64,000 nt of DNA from Mytilus edulis (lineage: Eukaryota): positions 34,038,001 through 34,102,000 of the forward strand of contig NC_092353.1 of assembly GCF_963676685.1 (NCBI RefSeq), in the 5' to 3' direction. A program made the translations under genes and the position numbers. Numbering within the stretch: position 1 is the stretch's first letter; every line of letters begins with the position of its first letter. The notes beneath the pieces were generated by a model, which made no database searches, was not told where the DNA came from, and saw nothing but the letters and a program-made list of their open reading frames with translations. Positions 13,001 to 22,785 of this stretch are shown piece after piece.

Positions 13001-15956
13001 TTATGTAGCAGAAGTATTCTACTTTCCAATAAATAACTAAAAGTTTACATTATAACAATTTTGCAAAACTGATATATTTTGGGGCCAAAAAGGGGTCCTA
13101 CTGAACCTACTCCTTTCTGGCGTGAAGATAAATTTGGAATAGAAGTGTTTAAGAACTGCATCATAATTTATGAAGTACTTCAAAGGAGAATGACTCCATA
13201 TTTATGTTTAGCAGTAATAGTGATGAGTTTTAAAGTATTAGCTTTTTTTAACCTGTCCAACACAGACTTTTTGATTTATATTTTATATGGGGGAGTATAC
13301 TTAAAAATTGACAAGATGTTTATTTTTCTTTTATTGTACATTACTATCCACATTTTCTTTCTAGGGATATTACATTACTATCCACATTTTCATTCTAGGG
13401 ATTTTACATTACTATCCACATTACACCAGAGCCACATTGCTCTTATGTTAGTTTTGAAAGCAATGTTCCTCAAGTAAGTACTGTTCTAACTATAGAATTT
13501 TATTATAAAGTGTTGATTTAAAGTCATATGAAACCAGTGAGTGTTGAAAAATAATGTTTATCCAATTCTTGAACCAATGCATGTATATATCATAAACTTA
13601 GAACTCTGTGCACGATTTTGTCATTTTTTACGCAAATATTTCGTATTTATAATCGTCAATTTTTTTTCTCTGTGTCTGTTATGATTTAACAAATATGGCT
13701 GCTCATTAAATGCCGTGTTTTAAAGCCGAAGTTTACCGATTGTCACCTTATAGTAAATAAATAACAAAAAGCATGGGTATTAAGCACGTGTTTAACATGT
13801 ACAATCAGATAATTGTTATTTAATGACAGATCCATGCGTATTGCGATCGCCGGATTTTTACGAGGAGGGTTAAACTCAGGTCACTATGCATACGGAAAAT
13901 ATGTCGGTGAATTGTTTCCTGGAAGCAAGCAAATAAAAACAAATAAACTTCTTCTAATTGTGGACAAGTTAAAAAAATTTCCTCAGAAAAAGTATATGTA
14001 CATAAGTTGTATAATGAAAACTATCCATTTAGTTATAAAAACATATGCATGATTTTTTTTTTAATTTGAGGTTTCTTATGACTTTAAGTTTGGGGTATAA
14101 GAGTTATACTTTCCTATCATCACACAAGTTTTGTCTTCTGAAAAAGTAGTAATTTTTTTTTTGGCATTGTATAATGTTAGCTGTTAATTCCTAGAGAACA
14201 CAACAGTTAAATGTTAATCTGCAGATGTAGTTGCACAAATTTGTATGAAAAAATATATCAAGCAAACAAATTTTTGTTTTTGTTTTTACATTCAGTGGAT
14301 TCATTAATATTTTCACAGGATACTAATTTTCTTGGATTTCATAGTTACCCAAGAACCTTAAATTCAAAAGTCCAACCAATTACAAATCTTCTTCAGGAAT
14401 GTATGCAGATTTTGGCAAAACAACGAAATCAAATATCTTCAAAAATGCAAATTGTTCTCAATCCAGGAAAAATTGGTGGCCACTAAATATAAATGCATCC
14501 ACAGTAAACCACCCAATCTTAGATTTTACTTTTTTCTCCTGATTTCTTAGTTCTACCAATGTTTGATATTTGATATTTATGACTGCCTAAATGTTTGGTC
14601 TCAACTCTTTAACTTTAATATTCTGAAAAAAATGCATGTACAGATAAAAAATCATTTAAGGTAGTTTGGTTTGTTTTAAAGTGAGTTTTATTTTGTTTGC
14701 AGGAATCATATTATGATTTGGTTCACAAGGTATTGGGTTGCTTCAATCCAGGGAAATTTCTGATGACTGTCTTCTCCAACAAGGTGAGTATTACAGTGCA
14801 GCGATATAAAACCCATATTTAAGCCTGTTATTTACTCCTGTGTATACCTTAACCAGTACAGTTAAAGGTTTTATAACAAGTGAGAATTAGATATTGTTTA
14901 ATATCTACTGAGTTTAATATTTAATTTCAATTTATAATAATCTATGAGTCTTTGCGAATTATAATTATTATTGCAATTTAAAAATAACAATAGTTGATTT
15001 CAACCCATATCAGGTTCTCAGGAGTTTATTCCACTATGGCAAAAAATATTCAGGGCAAACACTGTTCTTTTGCACCAAAACAGTATGACGTCATAAGTTC
15101 ACCTTTGGTGTTAAATGTTTACATCAGATGTTTTAAGCTTTTTATTTTGAGAATGGAACCAAATTTATAAAAAAAAGAATATTTTCAGTTGATATATACG
15201 AGTGTTTTACATTTTATTGAAGAAATCACAAATCTTTGTAGCCATATCGGAAAAGTAGTCCATTATGACCTTTGGAATAACATTAACAGTACCAATTTTC
15301 CTGCACCAGATGCGCATTTCGACAACACATGTCTCTTCAGTGATGCTCGTGGCCAAAACATTTGAAATCCAAAGCTTATATAAGAGATGAAGAGCTATAA
15401 TCCAAAATGTCCAAAAAGAATAGCCAAATCCGTGAAAGGAATCAGAGCTTTGCATGAGGGAGATACATTCCTTAATTTATAATAATTTCTAAATTTTGTA
15501 ACAGCAAATTTTAATTACACAAAAATCCGTATTTTCATGCCAGTACCAACGTACTGGCTACTGGGCTGGTGATACTCTTGGGGACTAACAGTCCACCAGC
15601 CGAAGTCATTGACCTTACAAGTAACCAATGTAATGTTGCAATTTAGAATCATTTTGTTAACACTGCAAGTTATTATTCATTCGACATACTCATTCAGTGT
15701 GATATGATAAATATCACTTGTTTCAACTTTCATGAAAGAAAAAGATAATAGGCCACAATCATGACTTTAATTCTGTGAAGAAATGGATAAATGTCAATAT
15801 ATCATTTCTTTGTTTTAGATTTCTATTGCTAAGGAGTCTCACAAGCATTTTGAAGATTTGTACCGATTGAAAGGTTACAAGAGAAAAGATCATCAGTTCT
15901 GTGCCTTCCAGAACTACAATCTTACTTACACGATGTACACACGACCAATCATCTAG
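4057..15956 (+). CDS. AMD1: S-adenosylmethionine decarboxylase proenzyme, 3' part; join(4057-4183,4593-4667,5093-5120,6628-6670,9714-9771,11337-11417,12127-12219,13399-13473,14703-14783,15819-15956); 5' exons not found, probably upstream of the window
   Basis: Spliced translation: (S)[22 protein letters not shown]...DVFYSRKKF...[18 protein letters not shown]...PDQTIELLMWD...[10 protein letters not shown]...[18 protein letters not shown]...[11 protein letters not shown]...TRPII*. Contains the ESS autocleavage/pyruvoyl site and the KTCG, PCGYS and HITPE motifs of eukaryotic SAMDC. All exon phases are consistent. Introns are GT-AG except 9772-11336 (AT-AC). Confidence 0.95.
5148..6204. mobile_element. 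TA-flanked CTGTAAATT-terminus MITE interrupted by a Helentron-type element
   Basis: Left end TACTGTAAATTTAAAAATTAT (5148) and right end ATAATTTCTGAATTTACAGTA (to 6204) match the TIRs of the intact copy at 34403-34612. Confidence 0.65.
5175..6040 (+). mobile_element. Non-autonomous Helentron-associated element (HINE/DINE-1-like) with ~160-bp internal tandem repeats
   Basis: T-run, then subTIR ATACGCCCG (5180-5188), hairpin CCCGTCAAAATTTTGACGGG, (GTCY)n microsatellite, and four ~160-bp repeats (TGTATACTTTTTGGT at ~5347, 5511, 5671, 5831). 3' subTIR CGGGCGTAT (6008-6016) plus a terminal stem-loop. Confidence 0.8.
9772..11336 (+). other. U12-type (minor spliceosome) AT-AC intron of AMD1
   Basis: 5' splice site ATATCCTT at 9772; branch site TTTTCCTTAAC ending at 11328; 3' splice site AC at 11335-11336. 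Splicing joins PDQTIE|LLMWD in frame, matching the conserved SAMDC PDQTLE-ILM motif. Confidence 0.92.
9858..10945. mobile_element. Non-autonomous TIR DNA transposon inside the AT-AC intron
   Basis: ~40-bp imperfect TIRs TGTGACCCGCCATGACATTTGCAGGCTTATGGAGGTAGAA / TTCTACCTCCATAAGCCTGGATATGTCGTGGCTGGTCACA, flanked by TA on both sides; internal ~250-bp tandem duplication (~10100-10590). Confidence 0.8.
11456..11652. mobile_element. Short TA-flanked MITE (CTGTGGATT termini); a related degenerate copy lies at ~14293-14506
   Basis: TACTGTGGATTC...GAATCCACAGTA terminal inverted repeat. Confidence 0.7.
11660..11960. repeat. 27-bp minisatellite, about 11 copies
   Basis: Unit AATTGAATAGGGATAAAAGTCAATTTT; it produces the repetitive IDFYPYSIK pseudo-ORFs. 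Confidence 0.95.
12528..13114. mobile_element. Non-autonomous TIR element
   Basis: Imperfect TIRs AGAGTAGGTC...CCATTTTGGCCCCAAA / TTTGGGGCCAAAAAGGG...ACCTACTCCT. Confidence 0.7.
13522..14083. mobile_element. TTAA-flanked TIR element (Kolobok-like)
   Basis: 14-bp TIR AGTCATATGAAACC / GGTTTCTTATGACT (1 mismatch); TTAA at 13518-13521 and 14084-14087; purine-purine termini. Confidence 0.75.
15270..15600 (-). mobile_element. Non-LTR retrozyme-like repeat (single partial monomer)
   Basis: Contains the hammerhead at 15303-15346. Shares the GCTGGTGGAC...GTCCCC...GTATCACCAGCC.AGTAG block with the retrozyme at ~63200-63250. Confidence 0.75.
15303..15346 (-). ncRNA. Type I hammerhead ribozyme
   Basis: Minus strand reads GCAUCA-CUGAAGA-GACA(UGUGU)UGUC-GAAA-UGCGCA-UC/UGGUGC: intact core, 4-bp stem II, minimal stem III with palindromic GCGC, AUC cleavage triplet, 6-bp stem I. 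Confidence 0.88.
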
Positions 15957-18900
15957 GAGATGTGGTCCGGAAGTCTCCCAATTGAAGTCCAAAATGTAGA
16001 TAGTGTGTGGACTCAATGTAGCCTTTGCAGCTGTCCTGGGAAACTTCCGCTTTATTTTTGTAGTATTAGATTAGCTTTCAATATTAGTATATATTTATTT
16101 GTAACAATGTGTGTGTATTATGTACATCTTTGGGGCACTTCTAAAACAAGAAAGAAGTACCATTTAAGATTCAATTTAAACTGTCAGAAACCTAGATAAA
16201 TTGGCCCTACCTTTGAAAGACTTTTCCACTGTTTTGTATATTAAGATCTGTTTTAAGATCTTTATTGTTATTCTTAAGACTATTACAAATTTTTACTAAA
16301 GTTTTTGATATATTAATAATAAAATAATATGAGCTTTTTCTCATATGCGTTTTTGTTACTAATGTTTGTTTTTTATGTGCAAAATTTCCTTATGATTCTA
16401 TAAATCTCAATTAGTTAAATAACATTTTCAAAAATATTTTTTAAAACCAAATTGAAAATTTATTTCGATCATTAAAAGTATTAATTAGGTTCACATCAAC
16501 AATTATTGTTTAGTGTGAACTTTATTAAGGATCGACCTGAACACTTGATTGTAGTAACTATTGCACTGAATTACCTGTTCTAATGGATATAAGACTTCAA
16601 TAAAATATTGAAGCTATAAACATTATTTTAGTTTGGTCAGAAGAGGTTTTGGGATATACTTTTCATTTAGGTATTAAAGTAATCAAGTAATGATGAACAC
16701 AAATGGTTTGCTATAATGAATGTATTGTGATCATCAACATTAATAATGGTTTATAACAAGGTATTGATCTTGTTTTACTTGTTGTTTATTTTTTCTTTTG
16801 CTTACATTGCAAATAAGAAACAAATGAAGCCAAACATAGAATAAATTGATTTGACCTAACTTGGCAATGCTATGCTATTTTTAATTAATGACTAAATCTA
16901 TCATTTATAATCTAAATTCACAATTAAAAGATCTGGATAGGACATGTGTTAAGGGCCTTTGGGGTCAAAAACAGCAAAGTTTAAAAAAAAAAATTAAAAA
17001 ATTTGAAAATAAAAATTGTAAATACATGTACAACTTTTTTAGAATATTTACTCAGGTTTTAAGGAAAGAAGATGACAAAATTTCCGTAGTTTTGATTTTT
17101 GATCACATGGAAATATCAAGTTTATGCAAAACCCTTAATACATTAATAAGAGGGGTAGTTTTCAAATTGACAAATACTGTAGTAAATCATGTTTTGGTTC
17201 TCATATGTTCTATATTTGAAAATCTGAAAACCACTTAAAAAATAAAAAAATGTATCTTTCTCATAAACAGGCTTAGAAATCTCCTTTTTATGCTATCATT
17301 ATTTCATGTATTATCATACCATAGCTCCTTATTTGTTTAATTTCAGTTTTGTAATATTTCAATTTTGATAAAAAAACAAAATTGAAATATTTCAATTACA
17401 ATTTTGTGTAACTTCCTCAAAATGCATTTACAGAATACAATTAAATAATTGGAATATGACTTTTCAGAGGGCATTGATAGAATTCTGTGTTCAGATTTTA
17501 AACAGTTTTGCAATATTTCTGCTTGGCCAGTACTGTTTACATTTATACATCTGAATTTTCTTTGTACATGGCTGCCTTGTTATTTTTATGAACAAAGTCA
17601 GTACAGTCATTTGAATATAAAGAATCAGAATATTGTTATATAAATAACTTATTTGTTTGTGGGATAAATATGACTGTGGCTTACATTTTAATAAAAGTAT
17701 GAAGGTGTTCGTTTCCTTTTAAAAGTTTTGTGTACAGATTTTGTCAAAGCCACCAAATCAAGTATACAGGAAACTATTGTTTTCTCAATCCATGAAAATA
17801 AATAAATCAAAAGTATATAATTTGTAGCCATTGTGGCTGCTCCAAAACTGATCATGTAGAGGGATGGAAGTACTTCATAAATGGTGGATGTTTGCATTTA
17901 TTTTCCTTAGAATTTTTGTAAAATAAAACTCTAATATTATGGTTGGTTGTAGGTATAAAAAAAAGTAACACCCATGCTCCCATATGTTTAGTAATGGAAA
18001 GTGTATACAATCCATGTACAAAGTATTTGCTCCTCAAGACAATTTTTGTTTGGTTACACACCCAGAAAAACAAATCTGTCAGACCAAAGTGAAAGATATG
18101 ATTTTAATCACATTGGCTATTTTTATAAGGCACTTTAAAACAACAACAACCTGCAGTTGTTGACATCAACATACATATCATTTCCATGGATGTGTTTTCT
18201 AAAACTCTGTAAAAACATCGGAAATTAAATTTTAAAACTTCCAACTGTTGACAAAAATGTTTGACTGGGACCAAGGAATAACAATGATTTTTCTTTTTTA
18301 TCCCGGTCTACATTGGTGTTTTTGAATATGGGTTGTGCTTGAGAAGCTGAAAATACCTTGTCTTTGACTAAATGATGTACTTTTATAAATATATGTTATA
18401 CATGCTATTTAGCTTTTTTTTAATTAACATGCTTTTACAGGAAGATATTTTTGTATTGCCAAGTATACTTGATAATTGGTCTGACAGTAATATATAATAC
18501 ATTTATTGTTTTCCAATTCCTTTCTTACATTAGTTGAATTATCACATAGTTTGGTAATTTTTCATATGTATGTATACAGTTAATCAATAAATATACTCTA
18601 CTTAAATCTGTCTCTTGTTAAAATACTATTAAAATCTACTTGTCGTGTGTTCAAAATGTTGTCAAAATATTTCCTAACATATACTGTCAAAGTATACACT
18701 GGTAAAACAATCAGAGTATATATAACACAGACATTTTTCTATTGTTAAAATATACTAGTTTGTTGCTGAAGATATATACAGTTGTTATATATATAATCAA
18801 ATATATATTGTCTCTTGTTAAAGATTGTCAGGAAACAGATCACATATCTTGTTCTTATTAAAGATTGTCAGGAAACAGATCACATATCTTGTTCTTATTA

Positions 18901-19059
18901 AAATGTCAGAATTTGTATACTGATTATATCTTTTAAAGATTTATGAGTTATTTTCATTTTGGACAGCAACAGAATTGCATTTGACAATTTAAAATTTATT
19001 ATAATTGATCATTTGTGACATATTGTGGGGGATGAATATGTTTAATATAATGATATAAT

Positions 19060-19528
19060 CAGTGGCGGATCCAGAAATTTTCATAAGAAGGGGCCCACTG
19101 ACTGCATGAGAGGGAGCCACTTGGGTCATACTTCAGTGATTCTTTATAAATTAATCCAAATTTTTCCCAAATCCGCCTCTGATGATAGTTGTTAAGTTCA
19201 TCTTAATAGTTGTGTTCATATTTTATATACTCAAAGTATCAATTCAAAGAAGGAAACACCATTGTTTCTTAGTATAATTGAAAGTAATAAAATAAATCTA
19301 GATTGACTTGCTTAATAGGTTATCATAATTATTTAATGTCAGAAAGGGTGGTTGAAAAATATTAAATATATACATTGGCGGATCCAGGGGGGTCCAGGGG
19401 TTGGACCCCCCCTTTTTTTTGACGATCAATGCATTTGAATGGGGACATATGGTTGAAACACTTGAAACACACCCCCCTTTATCCTGTGTTTGGAACACCC
19501 TCTTTTTAAAATAGCGGAATCAGCCCTG
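19060..19528. mobile_element. Two short CA(G/T)TGGCGGAT-terminus MITE remnants (19060-19180 and 19373-19528)
   Basis: CAGTGGCGGAT...ATCCGCCTCTG and CATTGGCGGAT...AATCAGCCCTG inverted termini with G/C-run interiors; TSDs not clean. Confidence 0.55.
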
Positions 19529-20747
19529 TATATACCTGTATATAGTGGCCTTAATAAATTTAAGATTTGATTTTGATAATACAGTATTAAGCTTAATTTT
19601 ACCATTTGGATACAATTTTCAACCTTTATATAGAATCTTTATTGAATTTACTGTAAACGTTCTTTGAATTTCTTCAGTGAATTTATATTAAATAAAAATA
19701 CCCAAATTTATACTTACAGCATAATACTCAGTCATTTGCTCACAGTAAAATAACTGAAATCCATATGAATAGTTTTGGAATGATTTTTTTGTGACATTTT
19801 AAAAATTTTAATGTTGTTTTGTTAACAGAAATAATCATGATTATTTCAAATGATAAACAATATATGCATTCTTGTATTATATGTAGTTTGTTAACTTTGT
19901 CCTATTAAATGAGTCTTATCAACTTGGTTAGTTGTATTATTATTGTCTAACATGTAACAAAATTTCCTTGGTATGAGCCTCAGTGTGACTTTTCTAGTGG
20001 TGATAGCATCATTACCCATTGCAAATATCTTGATGCTCTATTTTTCCATTCTCAAGGCTATGATAAGGCTTAAGTGTCAGCAACAATTTAAGTCAAGTTG
20101 GTATGTTGATTAATTATTTACCCATAACCTCATTTTCACAATAGTTTTATGCTCATGTTTTTATCTTTATTCAGATTCCTATTAGCTATGCAATACTGTT
20201 GTATGAACATATCAATTTATTCTGTAAATTTTTTTTCAGACTAATATATGTTTCTCTGAAATGTAACATTATATATGAATCTCTGTTTCTTTGTTAACCA
20301 TGTTCGCTAGCCTGTTTCAAAATAATACAAGCTCTTTAAAAGACTTATAAATTGATAGTATATAAATAAAGGAACTAAAAAGCAGAAAAAATCAGGTCTG
20401 TGTCCTTGTTGTTGATATATAGGCCATGGAAAATTTGGCAGGAATTGATTCTCTAGACTTTAACATACATTATACATTTAGAAGCTCTTTCAAATATGGC
20501 TTTTTAAAATATATGTATTAGAATAATTTTTAAAAATTGGGGTAAGCAAGGATTTTACGATTTTTTTTAATGGCTGTACATGGATAAAACCAGAGGATTC
20601 CAAATATTTTGCAAAAATCCAAAAACAAAAGAGAACATCCTTAATTAGATGACAAAATTTGCAGAATATGAAACATATGGATTACAATCAGGTATAGCAA
20701 TGTCAGCTTTTGTATAAGCCTTTATACATGAACATGTATTTCAGGGG

Positions 20748-20896
20748 TTTCCAGTGGCAGTCCAAATTTCCCCAACCATCATCCCAGATGGCCTCTATTG
20801 TATCAACCTACCTATTGTGTTTATTGTGAACTTGTTCTCGTCCTGAATATGCATGAAATATTTGCCACTGGACGTTAAGCAACCAACAATCAATCA
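20748..20896 (+). mobile_element. 5'-truncated SINE/LINE 3' end with (AATC)n tail
   Basis: Ends GACGTTAAGCAACCAACAATCAATCA; flanked by perfect 14-bp TSD ATGTATTTCAGGGG (20734-20747, 20897-20910). Confidence 0.8.
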
Positions 20897-21294
20897 ATGT
20901 ATTTCAGGGGCTAGATAATTATTCTTACCATGTAAATTGAAGGCTTATGTTACCAAGTATCTTTTTGTCAAATGTTTGATGTCCTTGTCCATCAGACCAG
21001 GTTCACATGTCCTAGACTACATTTCAGGAATCAATGATCAAGGTAAAGTTTACGTTGTCAAGTCCATATCTGTCAACTATATTTGGTTTATTAATTGATT
21101 AGTAGACCCTGTTTGACTGGCAGGTTTTATCTGACCTTGACCTCATTTCCATGGTTCATTGTGCAACATGATTTTTTTGTGTTTTTGTCTCTCAAATACA
21201 AGCTAGTACTCTCGTTAAGTTATTGATAACTATTGGGTTGGTTTTTTCAAATATATCAGCAGACCTATATAAGTTATGGAACTGGCACGAATCT

Positions 21295-22785
21295 TGCAGT
21301 CAATGGATGGGCAGGTGTCAGGCAGTCAATGGATGAGCAGGTTTCTGGAAGTGAATGACTGGGCAGGTGTCTGGCAGTCAAAGGATGGGCAGGTGTATGG
21401 CAGTCAATGGATGAGCAAGTGTCTGGCAGTCAATGGATGAGCAGGTGACTGGCAGTCAATGAATGGCCAGTTGTCTGATAGTCAATGGATGGGCAGGTGT
21501 CTGGCAGTCAATGGATGAGAAGGTGTCTGGCAGTCAATGGATGGGCAGGTGTGAGGCAGTCAATTGGTGAGCAGGTGTCTATCAGTCAATGGATGGGCAG
21601 GTGTCAGGCAGTCAATGTATGGGCAGGTGTATGGCAGTCAATGGATGAGCAGGTGTCTGGCAGTCAATGGATGGGCAGGTGTCAGGCAGTCAATGTATGG
21701 GCAGGTGTATGGCAGTCAATGGATGAGCAGGTGTCTGGCAGTCAATGGATGGGCAGGTGTCTGGCAGTCAATGGATGGGCAGGTGTATGGCAGTCAATGG
21801 ATGGGCAGGTGTCTGGCAGTCATTGGATGGGCAGGTGTATAGCAGTCAATGGATGGCCAGGTGTCTGGTAGTCAATGGATGGGCAGGTGTCAGGCAGTCA
21901 ATGTATGGGCAGGTGTATGGCAGTCAATGGATGAGCAGGTGTCTGGCAGTCAATGGATGGGCAGGTGTCTGGCAGTCAATGGATGGGCAGGTGTATGGCA
22001 GTCAATGGATGGGCAGGTGTCTGGCAGTCATTGGATGGGCAGGTGTATAGCAGTCAATGGATGGCCAGGTGTCTGGTAGTCAATGGATGGGCAGGTGTCA
22101 GGCAGTCAATGGATTGGCAGGTGTCTGTCAGTCAATTGATGGGCAGATGTCTGGCAGTCAATGGATGGGCAAGTGTATGGCAGTCAATGGATGAGCAGGT
22201 GTCTGGCAGTCAATGGATGGGCAGGTGTATGGCAGTCAGTGGATTGGCATGTATATGGCAGTTAATGGATGAGCAGGGGTCTGGCAGTCAATCGATGGGC
22301 AGGTTTATGGCAGTCAATTGATGGGCAGATGTCTGACAGTCAATGGATTGGCATGTATATGGCAGTTAATGGATGAGCAGGTGTCTGGCAGTCAATGGAT
22401 GGGCAGGTTTATGGCAGTCAATTGATGGGGAGATGTCTGGAAGTCAATGGATGGCCAGGTGTCCATCAGTTACATGATGAACAGGTTGAATTAAGTCATT
22501 GAAGATGAGTCTAACAGTTAATTGATTGGTATGCAACAGGCAGTCAACAGATGAACAGGTGTCCAGCAGTTACAGGATGAACAGGTTTAATTAAGTCGTT
22601 GAAGATGTGTCTAGCAGTTAATTGATTGGTATGCAACAGGCAGTCAATGGAAGGGCAGGTGTCCAGTAGTTCAATGATGGACAGGTTTAATGCAGTCATT
22701 GAAGATGTGTCTGGTAGTTAATTAATTGGCAAGTGACAGACGGTCAGTGTCTGCATGTCTGGGCAGGTGTCTGGCAGTCAATGAC
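21295..22785. repeat. 26-bp G-rich minisatellite with higher-order periodicity
   Basis: Consensus GGCAGTCAATGGATGGGCAGGTGTCT, over 50 copies; 208-bp (8-mer) duplication in the core and ~104-bp (4-mer) diverged blocks at 22450-22740. Confidence 0.95.

Noticed and set aside
21485-22321. Trp/Gly-rich repetitive ORFs
   Set aside because: Translations of the 26-bp minisatellite in several frames; the unit is not a multiple of 3 and there is no splice or codon evidence.
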